Of a stretch of 64,000 nucleotides of DNA, positions 9,721-19,014 are shown in pieces. The stretch lies in assembly GCA_037130265.1 (NCBI GenBank), contig JBAXTI010000001.1, forward strand, positions 98,092 to 162,091, in the 5' to 3' direction. Position numbers and translations under genes: made by a program. A model generated the notes under the pieces. That model ran no database searches and was not told the DNA's origin. It saw only the letters and a list, made by a program, of their open reading frames with translations. Position 1 is the first letter of the stretch, and each line of letters starts with the position of its first letter. The DNA is from a bacterium (GTDB lineage Bacteria; Patescibacteriota; Minisyncoccia; Phycocordibacterales; JBBTRF01).

Positions 9721-10005
9721 ATGAAAGAAATCAAGAAAATCAGCGACAAAGAACTTTTGAAGGCCATCGATGAGAAGCGAGTAGCTTTGAAAGAATTTCG
9801 ACTTGGCTCTTCAGGTAGCAAGCTCAAGGATGTGAAGGCTGGCCGAAACCTCCGAAAGGATATCGCCCGACTTCTCACCGAAGTGTCTGCGCGAAACAAC
9901 GCCGCTCCTGTCGCCCCAGCTGCTCCAAAAGCAGTTGCTGCACCAAAGAAGGCTGTAAAGGCAAAGGTTGCTAAGGTCACTAAGACTAAGGTTGCCACTA
10001 AATAA
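9721..10005 (+). CDS. rpmC: 50S ribosomal protein uL29 with Ala/Lys-rich C-terminal tail
   Basis: RKDIARLLT motif; lies between rplP and rpsQ. Confidence 0.93.
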   Translation: MKEIKKISDKELLKAIDEKRVALKEFRLGSSGSKLKDVKAGRNLRKDIARLLTEVSARNNAAPVAPAAPKAVAAPKKAVKAKVAKVTKTKVATK

Positions 10006-10010
10006 TTTCC

Positions 10011-10295
10011 ATGGAAAAGAACACAAAAATCAAAGCAGCTTCTGGTACCGCTCCTGCGGCAGTTGTTGCATCAGAGCCAAAGACCCTCACTGGTAAGGTC
10101 GTGTCTGACAAGATGAAGGACACCATCGTCGTCGCTGTTGATACTTTCAACAAAATGCCAAAGTACGGCAAGTACATGAAGAGCACCAAGCGATTCCAGG
10201 CTCACGATGCAGGTAACACCAAGAAGATTGGCGACACCGTCACTATCGTTGAGACTCGACCCATCTCAAAGAATAAGCATTTTCGAGTCATTTAA
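10011..10295 (+). CDS. rpsQ: 30S ribosomal protein uS17
   Basis: GKVVSDKMKDTIVV, AHD, ETRPISK.K. Confidence 0.98.
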   Translation: MEKNTKIKAASGTAPAAVVASEPKTLTGKVVSDKMKDTIVVAVDTFNKMPKYGKYMKSTKRFQAHDAGNTKKIGDTVTIVETRPISKNKHFRVI

Positions 10296-10304
10296 TACAC
10301 TCAT

Positions 10305-10676
10305 ATGATCCAACCACGCTCAATCGTAACTATTGCAGACAACACCGGCGCGAAGATCGGACGTATCTTCAAAGTGCTTGGTAGTGCAGGGAAGCGATAC
10401 GCTCAGATCGGTGAGCTTGTGATCCTCTCTGTGCAGAAGGCAGAGCCTCGAAAGGCAATCAAGAAGAAGGATGTGCTCCGAGCAGTGGTGGTGCGACAGC
10501 GCAACCCATTCCGACGCAAGGATGGTTCTTACATCCGATTCGACGAGAATGCTGTGGTAATCATCGAGCGAGAGAAGACAGAGCCGATCGGTGGTCGTGT
10601 CTTCGGACCAATTCCTCGAGAGATTGCGGAAAAGGGTTTCCAGAAGATTGCTTCTTTGGCCCCAGAAATCGTATAA
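10305..10676 (+). CDS. rplN: 50S ribosomal protein uL14
   Basis: ADNTGAK, AVVVR, DGSYIRFDENA, RVFGP. Confidence 0.98.
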   Translation: MIQPRSIVTIADNTGAKIGRIFKVLGSAGKRYAQIGELVILSVQKAEPRKAIKKKDVLRAVVVRQRNPFRRKDGSYIRFDENAVVIIEREKTEPIGGRVFGPIPREIAEKGFQKIASLAPEIV

Positions 10677-10698
10677 CGACACCATTAACCATACTCCA

Positions 10699-10929
10699 AT
10701 GCACGTAAAAAAAGACGAAAACGTAATAGTAATTGCCGGAAAGGACAAGGGCAAGAAAGGAAAGATCCTCAAGGCGATGCCAAAGGAGAATTTGGTATTG
10801 GTGGACGGCGTCAATGTCCAGAAGCGCCACATCAAGGCTCAGCGAAACGGGAAGAAGGGCGAGATTATCGAGAAGGCGATGCCGATTCACGTCTCAAACG
10901 TCAAGCTCGTCGAAGCTCGTAAGAAATAA
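10699..10929 (+). CDS. rplX: 50S ribosomal protein uL24 (short, 76 aa)
   Basis: KOW motif VIAGKDKGKKG, V.GVN, PIHVSNV. Confidence 0.96.
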   Translation: MHVKKDENVIVIAGKDKGKKGKILKAMPKENLVLVDGVNVQKRHIKAQRNGKKGEIIEKAMPIHVSNVKLVEARKK

Positions 10930-10940
10930 TTATAACTATC

Positions 10941-11522
10941 ATGAACGGAGTAAAAGAAAAGCAGAGTAAGACATTCGAGACCATCAAGGGGGCACTCGGC
11001 ATCACCAATGTGATGGAAACACCAAAGCTTGTAAAAGTGGTGCTTTCGTCTGGCATTGGTTCTGTAAAGGACAAGAAGAAGATCGAGCTCATCGCCGACC
11101 GTATGAACCGCATTGCGGGTCAGAAGGTGGTGGTGAAGACTGCGAAGAAGTCCATCGCAACCTTCAAGTCTCGAGAGGGCGACCCTGCAGGCTACCAGGT
11201 GACCCTCAGAGGCGACCGAATGGTAAACTTCCTCAACAAGCTCATCAACATCGCTCTTCCTCGAACCAAGGACTTCCGAGGTATTGCTCGAAAGGCGATC
11301 GATGAGATGGGAAACATCAATATCGGTATCCGTGAGCACACCATCTTCCCTGAGACTTCAGACGAAGAGCTCAAGGACGTCTTCGGCTTCGCGGCGACCA
11401 TTGTCACTACGGCGAAGGATGCGAAGTCGGCAGAAATCTTCTTCGAGTACCTCGGCATCCCATTTATGAAGCCTGAGGAGGAGAAGAAATTGGCAGCTAA
11501 GGGTCGAAAATCCAAGGAATAA
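10941..11522 (+). CDS. rplE: 50S ribosomal protein uL5
   Basis: PKLVKVV, AKKSIATFK.REG, VTLRG, LPRTKDFRG. Confidence 0.98.
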   Translation: MNGVKEKQSKTFETIKGALGITNVMETPKLVKVVLSSGIGSVKDKKKIELIADRMNRIAGQKVVVKTAKKSIATFKSREGDPAGYQVTLRGDRMVNFLNKLINIALPRTKDFRGIARKAIDEMGNINIGIREHTIFPETSDEELKDVFGFAATIVTTAKDAKSAEIFFEYLGIPFMKPEEEKKLAAKGRKSKE

Positions 11523-11542
11523 TCAAAGCAAGAGAGCGTGGT

Positions 11543-11571
11543 TTGACATCAGCAGTCCGTATTGCTAGTAT
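11543..11571 (+). promoter_or_regulatory. Internal sigma70-like promoter upstream of rpsN
   Basis: TTGACA-17-(TGc)TAGTAT. Confidence 0.55.
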
Positions 11572-11618
11572 GTCTCCACGCTCTCAAAGAGCCTCATTTT
11601 TTTAATTACCAACACACC

Positions 11619-11804
11619 ATGGCGAAAACATCAGTCATCGCACGATCTCAGAAGAAACCGAAATTTTCTACTCGGATTGTTCGACGATGTTTCCGTTGCG
11701 GACGAAAGCGAGGTTTTATGCGAGATTTCGGTCTCTGCCGTATTTGCTTCCGTGAATACGCAAACGAAGGTATGATCCCAGGCATTAAAAAATCATCATG
11801 GTAA
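11619..11804 (+). CDS. rpsN: 30S ribosomal protein uS14, zinc-binding type
   Basis: RCFRCGR...[10 protein letters not shown]...PGIKKSSW. Confidence 0.98.
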   Translation: MAKTSVIARSQKKPKFSTRIVRRCFRCGRKRGFMRDFGLCRICFREYANEGMIPGIKKSSW

Positions 11805-12190
11805 GAGATACACTCAGCGATTATATTTCAAACATCAAGAACGCCGCTGCTTCACAGAAGGAGCTCGTCACTTTGCCTTACTCGAACCTTTTGATGGCCG
11901 TCACCGACGTGCTTGAGACAGAAGGGTATGTGAAGAATACCACCAAGAAGGGCAAGAAGGGGATTAAGAGCGTCGAGATCAAATTGGTCTACGCTGGCAA
12001 CCTTGCTCGCATCCACGGTGCGGAGCGCATTTCAAAGCCTTCAAAGCGCATTTACGCTGGCTCTACCGATCTTCCTCGAGTGAAGAATGGTTTTGGTCTC
12101 ATCATCGTCTCGACCTCAAAGGGCGTCATGACCGATGTGCAGGCACGAAAGGATGGTCTTGGCGGGGAGCTTCTCTTTAAGATTTGGTAA
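11798..12190 (+). CDS. rpsH: 30S ribosomal protein uS8
   Basis: [25 protein letters not shown]. Confidence 0.97.
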   Translation: MVRDTLSDYISNIKNAAASQKELVTLPYSNLLMAVTDVLETEGYVKNTTKKGKKGIKSVEIKLVYAGNLARIHGAERISKPSKRIYAGSTDLPRVKNGFGLIIVSTSKGVMTDVQARKDGLGGELLFKIW

Positions 12191-12208
12191 TTATTTAATC
12201 ATACCCAC

Positions 12209-12742
12209 ATGTCACGAATTGGAAAAAAACCTCTCGCCATCCCTGAAATGACCACTGTTACCGTGGCTGGTAAGACCGTGACCGTAAAGGGTCCACTCGG
12301 AGAGTTGGTTCGCGACATTCATCCATTGATCAGTGTTGTTATTACTGATGGCTCAGTCGTCGTGACCGCACAGAACGCCACCGCCGAGGCAAAGATGCTC
12401 TGGGGCACCTGGTCTTCACATATCATGAACATGATGGAAGGTGTTACCAAGGGCTACACTAAGAAGCTCATTGTCGAAGGTATCGGTTACAAGTCTGATG
12501 TAAAGGGCGACACTCTCGCAATGTCTCTCGGCTTTTCACACCCTGTGAACATGAAGCTCCCAAAGGGTCTCAAGGTCACTGCGGAAAAGAACCTCATCAC
12601 CATCACTGGTCAGGACAAGGAGCTCGTTGGTCAGTTTGCGGCACAGGTCCGTGCAAACAAGGTTCCTGAGCCTTACAAGGGCAAGGGTATCCGATACGAT
12701 GACGAGACCATCCGACGAAAGGAAGGTAAGAAGACTGCATAA
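12209..12742 (+). CDS. rplF: 50S ribosomal protein uL6
   Basis: MSRIGKKP, VKGPLGEL, LGFSHPV, PEPYKGKGIRY. Confidence 0.98.
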   Translation: MSRIGKKPLAIPEMTTVTVAGKTVTVKGPLGELVRDIHPLISVVITDGSVVVTAQNATAEAKMLWGTWSSHIMNMMEGVTKGYTKKLIVEGIGYKSDVKGDTLAMSLGFSHPVNMKLPKGLKVTAEKNLITITGQDKELVGQFAAQVRANKVPEPYKGKGIRYDDETIRRKEGKKTA

Positions 12743-12759
12743 TCCATCATCACACCCAC

Positions 12760-13113
12760 ATGGCTACTACTAAAACACAACTTGCACAGATCACCCGAGC
12801 ACGACGCCAAAAGCGAATTCGCTCGAAGATTTCTGGTACTGCAGAATGCCCTCGCCTTGCTGTGTATCGATCAAATAAGTATGTGTACGCTCAGCTCATC
12901 AACGATGAAGCAGGGAAGACTCTCGCAGCATCTTCTTCTCTAAAGATGAAGGGCAAGATGATGGAGAAGGCAGTCATGGTGGGCAAGGAAATCGCGGAGA
13001 AGGCGAAGACTTTGAAGATTGGCAAGGCCGTCTTCGATCGAGGTGGTTTCATCTACACCGGTAAGATCAAGGCCATCGCCGACGCTGCCCGAGCCGGCGG
13101 CCTCACATTCTAA
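12760..13113 (+). CDS. rplR: 50S ribosomal protein uL18
   Basis: PRLAVYRSN, FDRGGF.Y.G, AR..GL.F. Confidence 0.98.
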   Translation: MATTKTQLAQITRARRQKRIRSKISGTAECPRLAVYRSNKYVYAQLINDEAGKTLAASSSLKMKGKMMEKAVMVGKEIAEKAKTLKIGKAVFDRGGFIYTGKIKAIADAARAGGLTF

Positions 13114-13120
13114 TACTTAT

Positions 13121-13834
13121 ATGGATACCAACCCAACACAATCAAACACCCCTGTAGAAGCAAAGCCAGCACCAAAGGCGGGAACTGCGCCTACTCAGCA
13201 GATTGCTCAGGCAGAAGGGAAGAATCCTCAGCCGGTTCGAAGTGGTTTCGGTGGTTTCAGCCGAGGTGGCGCACGCGGAGGTGCTTCAGCTGGCGGAGAC
13301 CGACCTCGACGTGGTCCAGCTCGAGAGCCTCGAGCAAAGCCTGAGTTTGATCAGAAGATCATCAGCATCCGACGTGTGACTCGAGTCGCAGCCGGCGGAC
13401 GACGCTTCACCTTCTCTGTAGCTATTGCTGCAGGAAACCGAAAGGGTTGGGTAGGTGTTGGTACCGGCAAGGCTGGTGACACTGCTATTGCTATCGACAA
13501 GGCAATGCGAAGTGCAAAGAAGCACATGATCAAGCTCTCTTTGACCAAAGATATGTCAGTCCCTTACGATGTTGATGCAAAGTACTGCAGCGCACGAGTG
13601 TCTATCCGACCAAACCGAGCAAAGGGTCTCGTTGCAGGTAGTTCAGTGCGAAACGTCTTGGAATTGGCAGGTGTAAAGAACGTTACTGCAAAGCTTTTTT
13701 CAGGCACAAAAGACCATTTGAATAACGCACGAGCCGCTATCAAGGCGCTCTCAGTATTTGACCCAAAGAACGTACAGCATCGATTGGTTCGACCAGCACG
13801 AGCTGCTCACACCGCAGGCACTGTAAAGGCGTAA
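13121..13834 (+). CDS. rpsE: 30S ribosomal protein uS5 with long N-terminal extension
   Basis: RVTRV.AGGRRF.F, VG.G.GKA, VLELAGV. Confidence 0.98.
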   Translation: MDTNPTQSNTPVEAKPAPKAGTAPTQQIAQAEGKNPQPVRSGFGGFSRGGARGGASAGGDRPRRGPAREPRAKPEFDQKIISIRRVTRVAAGGRRFTFSVAIAAGNRKGWVGVGTGKAGDTAIAIDKAMRSAKKHMIKLSLTKDMSVPYDVDAKYCSARVSIRPNRAKGLVAGSSVRNVLELAGVKNVTAKLFSGTKDHLNNARAAIKALSVFDPKNVQHRLVRPARAAHTAGTVKA

Positions 13835-13844
13835 TCCAACCCCC

Positions 13845-14285
13845 ATGCAATCACACCAAATCAACCGAATTCATAAGAACAAGATCAGCCGCCAGGTAGC
13901 GCGCGGTGGAAAGCGTGGCAAGACTGCAGGTCGAGGTACCAAGGGTCAGAACTCTCGATCTGGACGCAAGAAGCGACCAGAAATGCGAGATATCATCAAG
14001 AAGATTCCAAAGCTCCGAGGCCGAGGCCGAAATAGCTTCCTCGGTTTCCAGTTGGCGATGGTCCCTGTCAATTTTGAGGCAATCGAAAAGCACTTCTCAG
14101 CAGGGGATGAGGTCAATCCAGAGACCCTTGTTGCAAAGGGTTTGATCGAAATGTTCAAGGGAGGTTTCCCTCCAGTGAAGATTCTCGCAGAAGGCGAGCT
14201 CACGAAGAAGGTAACTGTCTCAGGCTGTGCAGTATCTGCTCCAGCTAAGGCAAAGATCGAGAAGGCGGGCGGTATGGTAAAATAA
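13845..14285 (+). CDS. rplO: 50S ribosomal protein uL15
   Basis: RGKTAGRGTKGQ.SRSG, VKIL..G, KIEKAGG. Confidence 0.97.
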   Translation: MQSHQINRIHKNKISRQVARGGKRGKTAGRGTKGQNSRSGRKKRPEMRDIIKKIPKLRGRGRNSFLGFQLAMVPVNFEAIEKHFSAGDEVNPETLVAKGLIEMFKGGFPPVKILAEGELTKKVTVSGCAVSAPAKAKIEKAGGMVK

Positions 14286-14322
14286 TCGTGGGGCGTAGCC
14301 CCGTAACCTAAACGGCACTCCT

Positions 14323-15603
14323 ATGGCAACGCTTATCGAAAAAATGAAACTCATCTTCACTGACAAGCTCCTTCGCAAGAAGGTGTTGTTTGTGTTGATT
14401 GGCCTGGTCTTGTTCCGCCTCCTCGCTACTATCCCAGTCCCAGGAGTGGATGTCATCCGACTGGAAGCCTTTTTCCGCACCAATGAATTTTTGAGTCTCA
14501 TCAACATCTTTTCAGGTAGTGGTTTGTCGAATCTTTCTGTCGTAATGCTTGGTGTCGGTCCGTACATCACTGCGTCTATCATTATGCAGCTCCTCACCAT
14601 GATGTCGCCAAAGCTTAAGGCGATGTATCAAGAAGAAGGGGATGCTGGACGCATTAAGTTTTCTCAATACTCTCGACGTCTCAGCATTCCTCTTGCGATG
14701 GTACAGGCGTACGGCTTCCTCCTTCTCTTGTCGAAGCAGGGGTTGCTCGGCAATCTCAGCGGCACCAGTCTTTTTGTGAATATTATCGTGATCACTGCTG
14801 GTTCAGCGCTCCTTATGTGGATTGGTGAACTGATCACCGAATACGGCATCGGCAACGGTCTCTCTATGATCATCTTCGCTGGTATCGTCTCACGCGTTCC
14901 TGCGGTGGCCGGACAGTTCCGAGACATTCTCGCGGCCGATCCTTCAAAATTACCTCTCTATATTGCTTTTGCACTTATTGCCTGTGTCGTGATCTGGGCG
15001 GTGGTTATTATCACCGAAGCGGAGCGTTCGATCCCTGTCACCTATGCCAAGCAGATGCACGGTAGCAACGCTACCAACGGTGGTTCCACCTATCTTCCTT
15101 TGCGAGTCAATCAGGCTGGTGTGATTCCAATCATTTTCGCTTTGTCGATCCTCCTTTTGCCGCAAATGGTCTTCAACTTCTTGAAAGAATTGAGTACTAA
15201 TCCAACTCTCATCGATATCTCACAGAAGGCGCTCCTATTGCTGAACAACAACTGGTTTCATGCGATCGCATATTTTGTGCTCGTCTTCCTCTTCACTTAC
15301 TTCTACACCGCGGTTACGTTTGATCCTCAGCAGATTGCCTCAAACCTCCAGAAGGGTGGCGCATTCATCCCAGGTGTTCGACCAGGCGACTCTACCGCTG
15401 AGTATCTTTCAAAGGTGGTGACTCGTATTACGCTCGTTGGTGCGGTCTTTTTGTCAGCAATTGCGGTGCTCCCACTCATCTTGCAGAATACGACTGGCAA
15501 CACTTCGTTTGCGATTGGCGGTACTGCGCTTTTGATTGTTGTGTCTGTCGTCATTGATTTGGTGAAGAAGATTGAGGGACAGGTTTCGATGCGGTCTTAC
15601 TAG
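14323..15603 (+). CDS. secY: Preprotein translocase SecY
   Basis: LGVGPYITASIIMQLL, GIGNG.S, YLPLRVNQAGVIPIIFA, FIPGVRPG. Confidence 0.99.
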   Translation: MATLIEKMKLIFTDKLLRKKVLFVLIGLVLFRLLATIPVPGVDVIRLEAFFRTNEFLSLINIFSGSGLSNLSVVMLGVGPYITASIIMQLLTMMSPKLKAMYQEEGDAGRIKFSQYSRRLSIPLAMVQAYGFLLLLSKQGLLGNLSGTSLFVNIIVITAGSALLMWIGELITEYGIGNGLSMIIFAGIVSRVPAVAGQFRDILAADPSKLPLYIAFALIACVVIWAVVIITEAERSIPVTYAKQMHGSNATNGGSTYLPLRVNQAGVIPIIFALSILLLPQMVFNFLKELSTNPTLIDISQKALLLLNNNWFHAIAYFVLVFLFTYFYTAVTFDPQQIASNLQKGGAFIPGVRPGDSTAEYLSKVVTRITLVGAVFLSAIAVLPLILQNTTGNTSFAIGGTALLIVVSVVIDLVKKIEGQVSMRSY

Positions 15604-15626
15604 TAAAGAAATTGCGGTGTATACAT

Positions 15627-15690
15627 GGGGTACGCATAAATCTCTGCTGAGATTTTGCTCCGGCTCGCGCCAGTCGCGCTCCGCAGTCCC
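15627..15690 (+). repeat. Structured repeat copy B, followed by a T-tract
   Basis: GGGGTACGCATAAATCTCTGCTGAGATTTTGCTCCGGCTCGCGCCAGTCGCGCTCCGCAGTCCC aligns with 1083-1145; all stem differences are compensatory. Confidence 0.9.
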
Positions 15691-15758
15691 TGTTTTTTGT
15701 TTGCGCGCGGGTAGGTGAAAACACTGACAGACGGGCCTTCGGGTGATATTATGGCGAC

Positions 15759-16415
15759 ATGAACGAAAAAGCATCTACAGCTACAGCGGCTCCGCAAACC
15801 TTCATATTTATCGGCCGATCGGGGTCGGGGAAGGGTACGCAGGCGACCTTGCTTCAGGCATATTTGGAAAAGGGTGCAGGCAGGAGTGGCGACGTTGCTG
15901 GTGCGGGGGCTGCGCCGGTGAAATATCTCCAGACCGGTGCGGAGTTCCGCTCTTTTTTGCAGGGCGATTCGTATACGCAGAAGACGGCGAAGGCTTTGTC
16001 GACAAAGGGGGCATTACAGCCGGCGTTCTTGGCGATCTACATGTGGGCGAAGTTTTTCACCGAGAAGCTCACTGGAGGCGAGCATTTGATTATTGATGGT
16101 ACGCCTCGCAAGCGTGATGAGGCGCAGGTGCTCGACAGCGTCTTCGGCTTTTATGGTCGCACGAAACCAGTCATCCTTTTCATGAATGTTTCTGAGGTAG
16201 AGGCGGCTCGAAGACTCGCCGCCCGCCAGCGCCTCGACGACAACAGTGTCGAAATCCGTGGCCGCCTCGCTTGGTACAAGACCGATGTTGAGCCAGCAGT
16301 GGAGTGGTACCGTACCAATCCAAACTATCGCTTTGTCGAAGTGAACGGCGAACAGTCGGAAGCGAAGATTCACGAGGATATTGTCGCTGCAGTTGTGGCC
16401 ACGCCCACCAAATAA
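15759..16415 (+). CDS. adk: Adenylate kinase family NMP kinase (short LID)
   Basis: GRSGSGKGTQ P-loop, DGTPR, R.DD; follows secY. Confidence 0.88.
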   Translation: MNEKASTATAAPQTFIFIGRSGSGKGTQATLLQAYLEKGAGRSGDVAGAGAAPVKYLQTGAEFRSFLQGDSYTQKTAKALSTKGALQPAFLAIYMWAKFFTEKLTGGEHLIIDGTPRKRDEAQVLDSVFGFYGRTKPVILFMNVSEVEAARRLAARQRLDDNSVEIRGRLAWYKTDVEPAVEWYRTNPNYRFVEVNGEQSEAKIHEDIVAAVVATPTK

Positions 16416-16416
16416 C

Positions 16417-17250
16417 ATGTCTTTAATTAAATCTCCGGCCGATATTTTATTACTCAGAGAAGCGGGGAAGCGCCACGCACGGATTTTACGTGTGGTATCA
16501 GAGATGGTGAAGCCTGGCATTGAGACACGGGCGATCGACGATCGTATTTATATGCTGATTACCAAGGGCGATGCGAAGCTCGGTATTACTGGCGGCGATG
16601 AACCCTCATTGCTCAATTTCCAGCCCGATTTTGCTGATCGACCATTTCCAGCATCGTCTTGTATTTCTGTGAATGAAGAAGTGGTGCATGGCATTCCCAA
16701 CGAAAACAATCGTGTGCTTCAAGTGGGTGACATCGTCAGTATCGACTTTGGTCTGCTGCACAAGGGTGTGTATACCGACGCCGCTGTGACTGTATCTGTG
16801 GTGGGTGAAGGTGTCGGTGTGGATGGTGCTGTGGTCGCTGGTGGTGTCTCGCCTGAGATTCAGAAACTATTATCTGCGACGAAAGAGGCGCTCGTTGCAG
16901 GAATTAAAGCTGCGAAGGGCGGAGCGCGCATTGGCGACATTGGCTATGCCATCGAGCAGGTGTGTAAAAAACACAAACTCGGCTTGGTGGAAGAGTTGTG
17001 TGGTCATGGAGTGGGGAATGCTGCGCACGAGGAGCCGTATGTGCCGAATTTTGGCAAGCGTGGTGACGGTATGCTCCTGAAGCCTGGCATGGTACTCGCG
17101 ATTGAGCCGATGTTTAATCTTGGCACGGCCAATATCGTCCTCATGCCTGACGGCTACACCTTCCGCACCGCCGATATGAAGCCAAGCGCCCATTTTGAGC
17201 ATACGGTACTTATCCGTGAGGGGGATGCGGAGGTTTTGACGGTAGAGTAG
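16417..17250 (+). CDS. map: Methionine aminopeptidase type I
   Basis: CISVNEEVVHGIP, D...D metal ligands, GHGVG, HEEP, AIEPM, SAHFEHT. Confidence 0.97.
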   Translation: MSLIKSPADILLLREAGKRHARILRVVSEMVKPGIETRAIDDRIYMLITKGDAKLGITGGDEPSLLNFQPDFADRPFPASSCISVNEEVVHGIPNENNRVLQVGDIVSIDFGLLHKGVYTDAAVTVSVVGEGVGVDGAVVAGGVSPEIQKLLSATKEALVAGIKAAKGGARIGDIGYAIEQVCKKHKLGLVEELCGHGVGNAAHEEPYVPNFGKRGDGMLLKPGMVLAIEPMFNLGTANIVLMPDGYTFRTADMKPSAHFEHTVLIREGDAEVLTVE

Positions 17251-17452
17251 AAAAGCCCTTAAAACAAGGGTTTTTTCGGCCTTCCTGCTATTGACTTTGT
17301 AGACTCATTGTGCTATAATACTCAGCAGGAAAGCACATTGACACAAGCAGACAAAAAAGCGCCTAACAGCGCCGCATTTGCCCGTTTGCCGATTGGCAAT
17401 CCTCTCACGTAGTCCAACAACACAACGGGGATATTCCCCAGAAAGGTTCCTT

Positions 17453-18886
17453 GTGAACTCGCAGCAAAATAACGGTAGTGGTAACGGCACGGTCACGCAG
17501 GCGGTCGGCACTCAAGTGGTGCAGCCGTATGCTGTTCGGTATATTCTACTCCACATGCTTCCGCACATGGACGAGTGGGCGGCCCTCTGGATCGTCCAAA
17601 AATTCGGTGCGAAGGCTTTGCCGGGCGCCGAAAAAGCCCAAGTGCGCTTCGTCGAGCGGGTTCCGCAGATGAAGGTGGAAAACATCGAAGCGAATGGCTT
17701 CCTTTGTCTTGGCCTCGGCCTGGGTGACGGACGCTGGAGCATCGATGAGCACTGTGTAAATGTGCGGGGGAGCGATCGGCTGCCTAATGAGTGCACTGCG
17801 ACGCTCGCCGCCAAGCGGGTCGGCGAACACGCAGATCTCGCCCTCAAGCGCATACTCGACGAAGTGCTCTGGTGTGACACCCAAAGTGGTGTCCGCTACA
17901 CGCATCTCGCCGAGCTAGTGAAGCTCCTACATCGCTTCCTCAAGGGTAATTCCGCCGAGGTTATGAAATGGTTGTTTCCTGCGCTCGAGGCCATCTACAT
18001 GCAACAGGTCCTCGCCATCGCCGCTCAGACGGATGAGCCGAGCCTGTCGGACTTCTTCACTGACTATGCCAAGAAGGCGGAGGTCACGAATGAGAAGCTT
18101 ATCCAGTCGATCGAGAAGAAGATTGCGGACAGCGTCGAGAACATCGACCGCTCGGTGACAGAGTTGGCCTACGTGGTCCGCTCAATGTATCGCCAAGGTG
18201 TCTCCAAGGAAACGATCTACACGTTCTGCTCCAAGGTCTTCGAGGCCTGGGAGTTCGACCAGGTCGAATTCGATGAGGCGCTTGTTGTGGTGGATGCGTC
18301 GCCTACCTTTGCTGTCACGGTGAAGGGGAGCGAGGAATTCGAGCTCAAAGCGACGGTGGTGAGGGGCGACTCTCTCCATCTCCTGAGGGCAGCGAACTTC
18401 CGCGGCAATCGGTTGGTTGTTATCCAAAACAGCCGGGGCCAGGTGCAGATCTTCGTGAACACCAAGACGCCTGACTTCGTCACCCTCGACACGCTCGTCG
18501 GTATGGTGCGGTTGCTGGAAACAGCGCCCGCAAAGCGCAAGGTGCTCAACTGGCAGGCGATCCGGAAGACAGCAGGAGAGTTTGTTGTGCCGCAGTGGTA
18601 TTACTTCCGAGACGCTCGGCAGCTCTTCAATGGCTCCTCGACCCACCCTGCGGTGACGCCGACGGAAATCCATCTGCCCGCGATCGTGGACGCCTTGAAG
18701 CATGCCTTCCATCCTCGGCTCATTGCCAAGTGGATGCATCGCATCGGTGATCCGCTCAACCTGTTCGGTCGGAAGCCCGAGTCGGATTCGGCTGTGAAGT
18801 CGGCCGCAAGGCTGGTTGCCCAGGTGGTGCAGAGCGACCTCGGGCCTGCCCTCGATGGTGCGCCGCCGGCTGACACCGCGGCCTAG
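17453..18886 (+). CDS. Hypothetical protein with MYG1/DHH-like metal-hydrolase motifs
   Basis: H..PH.DE..A near the N-terminus and G.G....DEH; own promoter (TTGACT-17-TATAAT, 17291-17319) and terminator (18941-18973); GTG start inferred. Confidence 0.55.
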   Translation: MNSQQNNGSGNGTVTQAVGTQVVQPYAVRYILLHMLPHMDEWAALWIVQKFGAKALPGAEKAQVRFVERVPQMKVENIEANGFLCLGLGLGDGRWSIDEHCVNVRGSDRLPNECTATLAAKRVGEHADLALKRILDEVLWCDTQSGVRYTHLAELVKLLHRFLKGNSAEVMKWLFPALEAIYMQQVLAIAAQTDEPSLSDFFTDYAKKAEVTNEKLIQSIEKKIADSVENIDRSVTELAYVVRSMYRQGVSKETIYTFCSKVFEAWEFDQVEFDEALVVVDASPTFAVTVKGSEEFELKATVVRGDSLHLLRAANFRGNRLVVIQNSRGQVQIFVNTKTPDFVTLDTLVGMVRLLETAPAKRKVLNWQAIRKTAGEFVVPQWYYFRDARQLFNGSSTHPAVTPTEIHLPAIVDALKHAFHPRLIAKWMHRIGDPLNLFGRKPESDSAVKSAARLVAQVVQSDLGPALDGAPPADTAA

Positions 18887-19014
18887 TCGCCAGTCTGCTT
18901 GTTGAAAATTCGGTAGAGCGTTTCGTACGCTCACACACACGAAGCCCAGGTTCAACACCTGGGTTTTCTTTTTGCATTTTCTAAAGCGTATTTTGTTGCT
19001 ACAATAGAAGTACT

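Noticed and set aside
11208-11210. AGA reassigned to Ser because of tRNA-Ser(ACU)
   Set aside because: AGA encodes the conserved Arg of uL5 VTLRG, so complete reassignment is unsupported.
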